The position numbers were made by a program, and so were the translations under genes. A model generated the notes under the pieces. It was not told the origin of the DNA, made no database searches, and saw only the letters and a list, made by a program, of their open reading frames with translations. DNA of 64,000 nt. It comes from Octopus sinensis. Lineage: Eukaryota. The stretch spans positions 1,178,001-1,242,000 of the forward strand of contig NC_043005.1 in assembly GCF_006345805.1 (NCBI RefSeq), written 5' to 3'. Of this stretch, positions 53,068 to 64,000 are shown piece after piece. Numbering within the stretch: the stretch's first letter is position 1; each line of letters begins with the position of its first letter.

Positions 53068-53233
53068 TATATTGAGAAAAAGGGAGGCAGTCAAAATTTT
53101 GGATAATTCTTTATTAGCGCTTTCATTCATTTACTGAACTCATCTGATTTTGTCTTGATGTGTTCGATAAACGAATAACAGTGTTAGTAAAGAATTATCC
53201 AAAATTCTAACTGCCTCCCTTTTTCTCAATATA
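53068..53233. repeat. 54-bp-arm hairpin
   Basis: 53068-53121 versus 53180-53233, five mismatches. Confidence 0.85.
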
Positions 53234-53239
53234 CAATAC

Positions 53240-54180
53240 CTGTACACCACTTCAAAAACTCTATACATGTGTTCTACAAGGCACTGTGTTGGGCCCACTT
53301 CTTTTCATCATCTAAATCAATGACATTATTGACATCACCATGCACAGTAACAAAAGAATCTTTGCAGATGATTCCAAGATCCAGAAGGTCATCAATGACT
53401 GGGCAAGCCCTCCGTCAGATCTAATGGCCAGAGAAGGGCAGAAAAGAATAATATTCTGCTGAACGAGGACAAATTTGAGTTAATCTGCTTTGGAAAAGAG
53501 GATACCCTGAAACATCCATACTCTCTTCTTTTAGGTAAAAACTCACATGGCATCCAACAACATCAGAGGCTTAGGAGCAATTGTGGACAACAACATTCTC
53601 AGAACTTTCCAGTTGAGAGATATCCACACCATTATCCTTCTCTTCTCCACTTTTGCCTGTGCCCACCTTGAATACTTTTGTCCACTGTGGTCTCCCCACA
53701 GGAAACAAAGTATCATGAAAACTGAAGATGACATGACAGGCTCTCAAGATTTATTCCCTCCAATGCATCCATGAATGCTACATCATCTACATGAAATGGA
53801 AAATATTCCATCAGCATTGCCCAAATGATGTTGGCATCGCCTTTCAGATACACCCAAGACTTGAGCCCCATGCTATCCACCCACAACATAAATCATATTC
53901 ATATCATATAACAAAAATATGGCACAATTATTTCACCTCAATTGGCCCCGCTCTCTTTAACATTACACCAAAACTCATTAAAGCAGAAACAGAATCCCAT
54001 GAAGTTCAAGAAGTTTTTAGACAAATTCCTTAAAAAAATCCCAGATCAACATCCTACACCTGGATATATCTGTGCAAACGATAACTCTCTCCTCGAGTGG
54101 GCCATGTTGTCCAATTCCTGATTGAATGACTTTGCCATGCTGGAGCTATTTAGTTAGATATGTCCTGGGCCAATACTGGT
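53240..54180 (+). mobile_element. Degenerate CR1/L2-group LINE RT 3' half
   Basis: VLQGTVLGPLLFII*IND...FADDSK, LEYFCPLWSP, IGPALFNI. Confidence 0.8.
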
Positions 54181-54224
54181 CGAATACTATCAGAGTATAT
54201 ATATGTATGTATGTGTGATTGTTA

Positions 54225-54505
54225 CCAGCATCGCCTCACTGGCACCTGTTCCGGTGGCATGTGTAAAAGACTTGAGCGAGGTCGTTGCCTGTACTGCCTG
54301 ACTGGCCCCTGTGCTGGTGGCACGTAAAAGCACCCACTACACTCACGGAGTGGTTGGCGTTAGGAAGGGCATCCAGCTGTAGAAACTCTGCCAGATCAAG
54401 ATTGAAGCCTGGTGCGGCCATCTGGTTCACCAGCCTTCAGTCAAACCGTCCAACCCATGCTAGCATGGAAAGCGGACATTAAACGATGATGATGATGATG
54501 ATGAT
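54225..54505 (+). mobile_element. RTE 3' UTR and tail
   Basis: GTGGTTGGCGTTAGGAAGGGCATCCAGCTG...GCGGACATTAAACGATGATG. Confidence 0.85.
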
Positions 54506-54519
54506 ATATATATATATAT

Positions 54520-54745
54520 ATTTTCTTTCACTTGTTTTAGTCATTTGACTGCAGCCATGCTGGAGCACCACCTTTTAGTTGAACAAATTGATCCTTGGAC
54601 TTATTCTTTGTAAGTTTGGTACTTATCCTATTGGTCTCTTGTGCTGAACTACTAAGTTACAGGGACATAAACACACCAGCATCAGTTGTCAAGCCATGGT
54701 GGGTGGACAAACACAGACACAAAGACACACACACACACACACACA
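54520..54745 (-). mobile_element. CORE-type SINE 3' half
   Basis: CACTTGTTTTAGTCATTTGACTGCAGCCATGCTGGAGCACC... Confidence 0.75.
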
Positions 54746-54971
54746 CATATATGTATGTATATATATATATATACAAACTGACTGGCCTGGTGTAGCCTTC
54801 AGGCTACCCAGACCCCAGTTGAACCGTCCAACCCATGCTAGCATGGAAAGCGGACGGTAAACGATGATGATAGCTACACATATACATATATATATATACA
54901 CATATGCATAAATATATATATATATAGATACACATATGCATAAACATATATATATATACACACATACATAA

Positions 54972-55010
<39 letters not shown>

Positions 55011-55183
55011 TATATACATAAATATATAGAAATATACATATATACATACATACATACATAGATATACACACACACACACACACATATATATATAGGGAGA
55101 GTTTACGAAAAAAACAAAGATGAAGACAGGTGGTGTACAAAACAAACAGATGTATTGGTATAATGCTCAGGAATAGAAAAAGT

Positions 55184-55219
55184 CTTTTACGTTTCGAGCC
55201 TACGCTCTTCTACAGAAAG
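55184..55219 (-). ncRNA. Minimal hammerhead-like motif in a PLE-terminus-like repeat (core mutated)
   Basis: CTTT-CTGTAGA-A-GAGC-GTAG-GCTC-GAAA-CG-TA-AAAG; A6 is replaced by T; palindromic ACGT. Confidence 0.5.
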
Positions 55220-55312
55220 GGACACAGAAAAAACAAGGAGAGAAAAAAATGTGTGTAGTGGCTAGATATAGATATACATACATAAATATATAGATACACA
55301 TATACATAAATA

Positions 55313-55358
<46 letters not shown>

Positions 55359-55399
55359 CATACATACATACATCTACATATATATATACATACATAACT

Positions 55400-55441
<42 letters not shown>

Positions 55442-55493
55442 CGTTTTGGGATTTGGTTTGCAAGATCTTTTATATGAGTTCGTGTGTTGAAGC

Positions 55494-55690
55494 ATATTCT
55501 ATTGTGTCTGGGGAGAGTCATTTTCTTTTTGTACCTTATAATGTAACACTCCCACCGGTAAAATTTCCACTTATTTCTTACTTTTTAATTTTTTTTATTT
55601 AATAATAAGAAAGTGGAAATTTTACCGGTGGGAGTGTTACATTATAAGGTACAAAAACAAAAATTACTCTCTCCAGACACAACAGAATAT
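55494..55690. repeat. ~85-bp-arm fold-back hairpin
   Basis: ATTCT...GTACCTTATAATGTAACACTCCCACCGGTAAAATTTCCACTT versus its reverse complement at 55606-55690. Confidence 0.9.
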
Positions 55691-55697
55691 ACATACA

Positions 55698-55751
<54 letters not shown>

Positions 55752-56099
55752 TGTATATATACACATACATAACTATGCATATATGTATACACACACACAC
55801 CTGGCTGAAACACACAAAGGAATATATATATATATATGCGAGAGAGAGAGGGGGGAGAGATAGTTAAATATAGTAAAGAAAGAGGAGCAGTAATAATAGG
55901 AAGTGATAGAAATGGAGTGGCAGATATTTTTTGTAGTCCAAATGGATGATAAAATATTTCCAGGGATATTCAGTTTTTATTTGCTTTGCTTCTCTTAGTA
56001 CAAAATGGTGTGGATAACAGTTTTAAAACTGATTAGTTACAATAACTTGAAGGTCTGTAATCGTTTGTGGGTTTAATCCCAATGCCAACTTAATGGCAT

Positions 56100-56206
56100 T
56101 TATTCACACTATGTATATATCATCATCATCATCATCGTTTAACGCTAGCATGGAAAGCGGATGTTAAACGATGATGATGATGATGATATATACATAGTGT
56201 GAATAA
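56100..56206. repeat. Perfect 44-bp inverted repeat including an RTE tail and flanking DNA
   Basis: 56100-56143 is the exact reverse complement of 56163-56206, with a 19-nt spacer. Confidence 0.95.
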
Positions 56207-59200
56207 GGGCACAAAAGTTGAGATTAATACAATCAATGTTTACAACTTAGAAAATCTAATATGAAACCTAGATAAATTATATTTATAAAATGAATAACAT
56301 CAATTATGATGACTGCCAGAATTATCATGTTATCATTCAGATCTGCTGTAAATGAAGAGGAACTCAATTCCCAGTGCATCCTCACCATTTCCTGCTCTAA
56401 TAAGTTTTACCAACTGCTCATCGCCTAAACTGACCATTCCTCATAAAACAGTAAGTATTATCCCCCAACTGATGTCTAGAATGAAATCCACAATATCCTA
56501 CCAAGAATGATAGTAATGGAAACTTCTGGAAGCAAATTATATTGCTTCACATTTAAGTGTTACAAACTTGAATGTCACTTTTCTGAAGAAGTCTTATTTT
56601 CCTGCCACAGCAAAGACATACGACAGGTTGAGATGATGACCAGAAAATTGATTCATTATTCAATTTTAATATTCTTATTTTGAAGAAAATTTGAGAAAAG
56701 AGCAGATTGAATGATGCGACTGCAGAATACCAAAAGCAGAAGTTCTGCTGGGCCAGACATGTTGTAAAGTTCACAGACAACAGGTGTTGAGTGGTATTCA
56801 AGTGATCGGAAAGGCCACTTGGGAGGCCCTCATGTCAATGAGAAGTCAATCTAATCAAGATGAGAAAGAAAGGCACAAGCGAGAGGGAATTGGTAGCAGA
56901 TTGTGACCAATGTTATTCATCTGCTAAAGTGTTTATGTATGTCTTTAATCTCATCATCTCTCCGTAGTACTTCAGCTACATGGAGCCACATCTAATGTGG
57001 GAAGTCATATGAGAAAATGTGTAGTAGTTAGAGATATAAATTTGAATTCTGTTCCATGCAATGTTGCATTTTTGGCCCAACTATTTAATTCAACTCATTT
57101 GAAAGACACATATGAAATGCTATGAGCTGTTAATCTATGAAATGTGAGCAACACCTCAGACACCAGTGTAATGTTCATATTTCAAAATATCAGGCTTCAA
57201 AATAAAATACACCAACATATTTACCCTGAATTGGGGAAACTGAAAGGAAACTTTAAGATTTTTTTAATATATTTGCTTTCCTAGAATTCTCATACATTAT
57301 AAACCACCCTCAAGGACAAAAAAGTTTCATATTTAGTTTAGTAGAAGTGAAAGAATTACTGTCAAGTTAGAGAACCTGCAGAGTAATGAAAAGAGGCAAA
57401 ACATGAAGCCGAAGGAGGCATGCAAGAGACTTAGAGAATCAAGAAACAGATTTTGAAGGCAATAAAAGATTTATGCAAGGACACAAAAGATACATACACA
57501 CATGCAAACACACACACATGCATGCACACACACACACACACACATACCTTTTCAAAAGCAGTCAGGTTTTAGTATTGGGGATGGTTTTAATTGAAGAATC
57601 TATCAGGCTTGATTTATAGAAAATGTCAGATTTTAGATTCATAAAAACATGCAAACAGTTCTATCATTCTAATAAAGTAATAAAAATAGTTTTTAAAAAT
57701 GCATTGTAATACACAGAAATGAAAAGAGAAACGAAAAAATCTGAGGCAGTTTATGAATTAGAGGCTGGGGCGAGGGAGAGGGACGGTGAGCTCATTTAAA
57801 GTTTAAAGAAATAAATTCAGAGAAATATGAGATTAAATATGGAGGAAGAAGGGTAAAATTTAAAGTAAAACAAAAAGAAATAAATGAATAAAAGGAAATA
57901 AATCACATTTTAAAGAAATAGATTTTTAACAAGAAAAATAAATATTGACACACACACATATTTAGAAACTGGAATAAAAAGTTCAATTTAGAAAAATCAA
58001 CAGATGCAGCTTAATAAAATTACAAATTCTCTTCTTTTTCACATTCTATCTTATTTGGTATTTCTAAAAAAAAAATTTTAATTTCTGCTGAAGAGGAATT
58101 AAGAATAGAATTAAATCCTATAAATGGTGGGAAAAGCTGGATTTAGGGGTGGAAGATCATAATTGTTCTTTGCCACAACATCTAGATAAAAGGGGAGTTG
58201 GTGGTAGTAGTAGTAGCAGCAGCATGAAAGCAATCACTAAGATGGACAGAAAGATTAATCAAGGAGGGAAAATAGTCTGGATAAAAAATAATTGAGGAGA
58301 GAGAAGTGTAGAATGGTAGGTATGGCTGCGCAAACTAAAAGCAAAGGGACAAAATGAAAATGACCAATAGTTTGGCTCTTGTCAACTAAATTGATTTATT
58401 TTATTTCAGAGAGAACCCTCTACTACAAGTGGTGCCATTGCTTAAACTAGAGCAGAAAAATAATTCTAGAAACAATAAAAGCATCTATTGCTACTATTTT
58501 GGGGTCAATTTAGTATTAATTATTTGAAGCATAAGTTACAGTTACAATTTTGCATAGTTTTAGGGACTTCGTAAGACTTGATATTCTTTTTGTTTTGGAG
58601 TGCCCTACTCACACAATTAGGTGCTCACTTCTCACACTTAGTTCTCCCTAAGTGTAGAAGTAGTGGTGGTGCCTATTTTTCAGCCAAGATAAAGAAAGAA
58701 AAACGTCCAGCTTGAAGAACTCAATGAATGGTCAACAGCAGTGTTTGACTATGTCTGAGTATTTATGGCCACTAATTCCACATTAAAAAAACTTTTAATT
58801 TGATAGTAGACAAAATGCTATTTTTTTATTTAATCTGAAGTTGTTTTCAAATGGAGTGAAGAGTCTTGGCCAGAGACATAACATGGTCCCAAAAGGGATA
58901 AATATTATATTTGCACATCAGAATAACCTGACTGATTTGAAATGAGAATTTAAGTTCTGTATGTATTTGGCACCCTGATCTTCACAAATAAATACCAGGT
59001 GAAAGATACTACATTCTAGTTTATAAACCTTTACCTTTACTATAAAGTATGATCAATCCCAGGTAAGAACTAAAAAGTGGACATGATAAAAGATGAAGAG
59101 AAGTTTAATTAAACCATGACTTCCACTAATAGCAACTTCTTTTGAAATTTAGAAACAAACCCACATTTCATATTTTGAAAGGTTTATGACTAAGGAGAGA

Positions 59201-59225
59201 AGACTCCTGATTTGATTGTGCTTAC

Positions 59226-59314
59226 CATGAGAATGTGTTGATTTTTATAAAGTTCTGAAATACCACAAGACCTGCTGAAGTAACTCCAAGTTGTATCTCG
59301 AGATTGCTTTGATC
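59226..59314 (-). CDS. PTPN4: Exon of a FERM-domain protein, PTPN3/PTPN4 (Ptpmeg)-like
   Basis: TTTTTATTTCTAG|GAT...TCATG|GTAAG, 89 nt, DQSNLEIQLGVTSAGLVVFQNFIKINTFSW. It resembles human PTPN4 DQSNNEIMIGVMSGGILIYKNRVRMNTFPW as I recall it, and its phase matches the upstream exon. Confidence 0.8.
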
Positions 59315-60374
59315 CTAGAAATAAAAGGTAGATATAAGAAATATATTTTCAAACAAGAAAAAAAACAACAGGAACTCCAATCAACAGTTATGAATTAGCT
59401 TAAATGATTCTGTTGTCTTCTTTTTTGCTTTTTATACTAAATACCAGTTTTTAATACTTCATTAGTAAATTAATTATATTTTAATGGAATCACTGATGGT
59501 TACTTCTCAAACCTAGATCATCTTTACATTTTTACTTCTTTCCAGAAATGCATTTTGCTTTGAAAAAAATATTTTCTACTGTAAATTTGAAAAAAGTCAA
59601 ATACTTTCTTGGCATTTCTCTAACCTTCACTGAAGATTGAGTAAATTTTAGAAATAGTTCTTAAGTCCATAAGTTATCTAATATATCAGCAGAAAAAATA
59701 TCCTAATTAGGCAAATCGATTTGATTTTCCTAAACATTTTGGATACAGATTAAGAAAAGCCAAAACACTTGTTTTACATTAATCTTTGTACTGTTGGATC
59801 CATTCTTATGGTTAGTCATCCAACTTTGAACAATCAGTGGCAGTAATTTCTGGCAAACAAAGTGGAGACAGAGTAATGTACCTTGTACAACAGAAATAGT
59901 CAAAAGCAAGATTTCTATGTTTAACCTCTGCTCATGAAAGCTGTACCTTAAAATTGCTACCACAATGTGTCACATACTCAGCCTATATCTTGCTTTGAAG
60001 GCTAAAAGTTCAGTCAATATGTGCTTCTGTGTTTTAATATATGTTAACAAAATAACAAGGAATTGCAAATTTGCATTTTGGGAAAACAATTTCCTTTTTA
60101 ACCTAAATTATTATGAGAATTAATTAAAATTTGGAGGAAGTTATTATTATGCCTTACTTTATTTTGAAAAAAAACTTACATCCTATTTTTATTCTATCAT
60201 TGAAGCTGACATTGAAATAAAAAGAGTAATTTCAATTAGATGTTAATTGCAGGTAAGTGATTCACTCTTTTTATGAAAGGGGAATTAAAAAAGAGACATA
60301 GTCGCTGATGGAAATTATACAGACAACTCTATTAAATAGAGATAAGAAAATAATTTAACAAATTGAATTCTTAC

Positions 60375-60462
60375 CCTGGCATTGTGTAAATCAACTCCAT
60401 ACATCTCCAGGCGTTTTGCTCGTTCTAAGAAACAATACTCAGCCTCAGCTGGAGTTTGACCT
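60375..60462 (-). CDS. PTPN4: Exon of a FERM-domain protein, PTPN3/PTPN4 (Ptpmeg)-like
   Basis: TATTTTCCAG|AGGTCAA...GCCAGG|GTAAG, 88 nt, [29 protein letters not shown] (Band 4.1 FERM lobe B/C junction). Confidence 0.85.
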
Positions 60463-61959
60463 CTGGAAAATACAGAAAGGCAGCTTTATATATGAGAAAC
60501 AACAAAAAACAAAACAAAGGACTTTCTTTTTTACTGTTCATGTTGACATAATTATTTTGTGTTCCTTTAGCAACTCCATGTCTAGCGAATTGAACGATTC
60601 AGGATGCGCCACTGAGACAGAGATCCAAATAAGCCATCTCCTCGCCTAACGTCCACCTACATTGCATACTCCAACATATGAAAGTTGAAAACTGGCCATG
60701 TTGTGTTTTCTTTACTGCCCAATTCATATTTGTAGATTGTGGTGGTGGCCATAGTATTACCACAGCTATTGATATTGCTGCTATCTCTTGCATGTGTCTA
60801 TGTTTGTCTGGCTGGAGTAAAAAGTGTCATCCTGTTTCCAAAGTGATTCTCACTACAGTGGTAAGGACTGGTGGTTTGCAGCCTGTCTTCATAACTATTC
60901 TCAAATCTGCAGCTAGTCTTTCTATTAGACTATTTTATTGCATTATTTAGGTTGTCTGTGTGCAGCAGATGATGATACAAAGTGCAATATTCTCTGGTTT
61001 ATTACAGAAATTAAAGGTCTAGGCATAAACACTAGCATCATTCCTGATGAATCTAAGACGATGTTTGTATATTTATGTTGTTTCTTGAAGCCAATGAGTT
61101 GAGTAAGTATATTTGAACATTTCTGAAGCATTTTCAGGACATCATCATTTTAACAGCTACTTTTTTCAAAATTTGCATGGGACAGAGCTTCTACAACCAG
61201 ATGCCCTTCTTGTGGCCAGCTCCCACTGGCTACCAGGTAAGGTAATAATCTCCCAGACTGCTGGACAACAAACAGCTGAGGCAAATTTTTGCAGTAGACT
61301 GCAAGCAAACAGCACCATTAAGAGAGCCATTGCTTACAGTGAGTGAAACATGTAGGAGAGGGAAATACAAGCCAAACACACACACACACATGTAGATATA
61401 CAGTGCACTTTTCTCAGTTTCTACCTTCCAGATCAACTAGCAAAACCTTGAGGATTTGGTGGTTGATCTGGGACCATACTAGAGGACACTTGTCCAAGGT
61501 TGCATGCAGTGGAACCGAACCCAGAACTATATAGTTGGGGAGTGAACAGACATGCACAGACATGGTTCTTTGGTTAAAGAGTTCACTTTGTCAAGTACAT
61601 GGTTTCAGGTTCAGTCCTACTACATGGTACTCTGAGTAACCCCAGAATGAATTAAAACCTTGTGAGTTGATTTCTGAGATGGAAACTACACAGTCACACC
61701 AATGTATTCAAAGTTTTCTGTAAATGTTAAAGGGGTTTCATGAAAGTCTTTGAATGTTTTGTCTTTTGTGTGTTTCATATATTTGCTTGTTGTATCAAAT
61801 AATGTTGTTTTGAGTAGCTGGTAAGAAAGGAAATGGTGGGTTTGGTAGGCTCCGTTTTAAGTTGTCCTTTTGGGGGCAAGTTTCTGTGATTGATGTGTGG
61901 TTGGAGAATAGTGGAAGGTAGAGGGGGTTAAAAATATTTTAGTGAGACAATGGAATTTG

Positions 61960-61962
61960 GGT

Positions 61963-62012
<50 letters not shown>
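61960..62012. repeat. (GT)n microsatellite
   Basis: Direct reading. Confidence 0.95.
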
Positions 62013-62015
<3 letters not shown>

Positions 62016-63058
62016 GGAGTACTCCATGTAGGACATTACAGTTTCCCAATACTTTGTTGTATACTACATGGACAGTATTTAGAGCACCTTCACTACGTTA
62101 GACCATTTCTTTTTAAAAGGATCAATAAACTAAGTATTGGCATTAAACTTCCTTCAGGGCAATGAAAACAGCCAATTACTCCTAATAACAGCTCTAAAGG
62201 ACAGTGTAGAGTATCAGTGGTCAGTTGGTTTGGGCATGAACTCTTCTTTTTGAACAAACTCTTCTTCTTGAAGGAGTAACAAGAAGTTGTTGCACCTTAC
62301 TCTCTCTCTACTAGAGAAAATGTAGTCTTTATGAATGAGAACCTATTTCCATTCCTTGCTGCAGCAGCACCACAACAGTAAACCATTGAATAAGATCAAA
62401 AGTCATTTGGACAACAACAACAACAATAATAGATAAAGGCAACTGAACAGTCTGTGTATATATGTTATTGTGCATGCAGTTGTATGTGTGTCTGTGCGTG
62501 TGTTTACACAAGAGGATGCCTGAGTGGTGTGTGATTGTATTTCCTTGCAGCTAAATGAATGCTATGGCTTTGACTTATATTAACTGCACTGTTATTTCAA
62601 GCAGTTCACAGTCACAGAAATGAACGACTGGACACATGTGCATAGAGATGCCAGAGGAAAAGTAGTGCATGTGTGTGAGAGAGGGAGAGAGAGAGACAGA
62701 GAGAAAGGAATCAAGTAGGAGGGAGAGGGAGAGGGAAAGAGAAAAAGGAAGCAAGAGAGGGAGACGGAGCGAGACTCACTGTGTGTAAGACAGAACATGG
62801 GAGAGAGTAAGTGAAGACATGCATTATGAGATTAGTTATGAGTAAATGTGCATATTTTCTCTTGCAATCAACCACTTGTCACCATGTCTAAGTTTTGAAC
62901 AAGGACTGAAAGGAAAAAATGCACATCTGCAAAAGTAAGTAGAATAACCAGAAAGCTGAATAAATTAACCGAATCTATACAGAACAATTGAGATTTGGAC
63001 ATAGGAATCCCTGACAGAAGGCCTCAGTTATTACACACAAGCACTCCTAAATACTATA

Positions 63059-63090
<32 letters not shown>

Positions 63091-63295
63091 GCAGGCATGA
63101 CTGTGTGGTTATATAAAGCACATGGTTTCAGGTTCAATCACATTACAGGACACATTGGGTAGCCCCAGGAAGACCAAAGTCTTGTGAGTGAATTTGTAAG
63201 ATGGAAATTAGAACATGCTCTCACCATATGTGTGTGTGTGTGTGTGTGTGTAATGAGAGAGAAGGAGAGCATATTTGTTTAACAAAATTGTGTTC

Positions 63296-63480
63296 ATCAT
63301 AATCATCATTTAGCATCTGCTTTTCATGCTGGCATGGGTTGGATGGTTTCACTGGAACTGGTAAGCTGGAGAGCTGTGCCAGATGCCAGTCTGACCGATT
63401 CTATGGTTGGATGCCTTTCCAAATGCCAACCTCTCCAAGTGTGTAGTGGGTGCCTTTAACATGTCACCGGCACAGATATT
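63296..63480 (-). mobile_element. Degenerate RTE tail
   Basis: CATCATTTAGCATCTGCTTTTCATGCTGGCATGGGTTGGATGG...GGATGCCTTTCCAAATGCCAAC. Confidence 0.7.
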
Positions 63481-63504
63481 AATCATATATACATACACAC
63501 ACAC

Positions 63505-63543
<39 letters not shown>

Positions 63544-63584
63544 TATATAGTACCTTTATATGAAAAAAAGTTCATTAGACTGTG

Positions 63585-63930
63585 CCCAAGCTGGGGCACT
63601 ACCTTAAACGGTTTAACCAAACAAATTGATGCCATCCCACCCCAATACTTATTTTCTAAAGCATGATACTTATTCTATCAGTCTCTTATGCTGAACTGCT
63701 AAGTTACAGAGATGTAAATAGATCAATAGCAGTTATCAAGTGATGCTGGGGGATCAAACACATAAAAACACATTCACAAACACACATACAACAAGCTTCT
63801 TTCAGTTTGCATCTACCAAATCCACTCAGCTTTGGTTGACCCAGGGCAATAGTAGAAGACAAGTGCCATGCAGTGGGACTGAACCCAGAACCATGTGGTT
63901 GGGAAGCAAACTTCTTACCGCACAACTATG
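63585..63930 (-). mobile_element. Degenerate CORE-type SINE
   Basis: GCTTCTTTCAGTTTGCATCTACCAAATCCACTCA...GGGACTGAACCCAGAACCATGTGGTT...CTTACCGCACAAC. Confidence 0.75.
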
Positions 63931-64000
63931 CATGCGTGTGTGTGTGTGTGTGCACATATGGTATTTTCAGATGATTCTGGAATAGAGATATTTTATTTGG

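Noticed and set aside
57210-57290. Possible next FERM exon (KANILKNLKVSFQFPQFR)
   Set aside because: Poor match to the conserved KISFK..QFFIQL segment and a weak donor.

Overview
Eukaryotic, AT-rich, repeat-dense genomic window. The SINE, RTE and LINE families resemble those I recall from Octopus, but that is an inference and was not searched. The only host coding sequence I can support is two small minus-strand exons (60375-60462, 59226-59314) encoding a FERM-domain segment that resembles PTPN3/PTPN4 (Ptpmeg). The rest is probably intron, filled with RTE and CR1/L2-group LINEs, tRNA-derived CORE-type SINEs, Tc1/mariner relics (including a DD41D element), Penelope-like elements (PLEs; Neptune- and Naiad-type), kb-long (TA)n arrays and a 100-N gap. 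The most notable signal is ribozyme content. A non-coding 404-bp tandem unit (12597-13497) carries two identical, complete type I hammerhead ribozymes with palindromic stem III, a retrozyme-like layout predicted to release a 404-nt monomer that could circularize. Two further complete-looking hammerheads flank a PLE (44216-44301 minus, 46166-46292 plus), and several degenerate ones are present. The window also has many fold-back inverted repeats and one ~195-bp inverted duplication of flanking DNA. All calls are by eye; relic boundaries are approximate.
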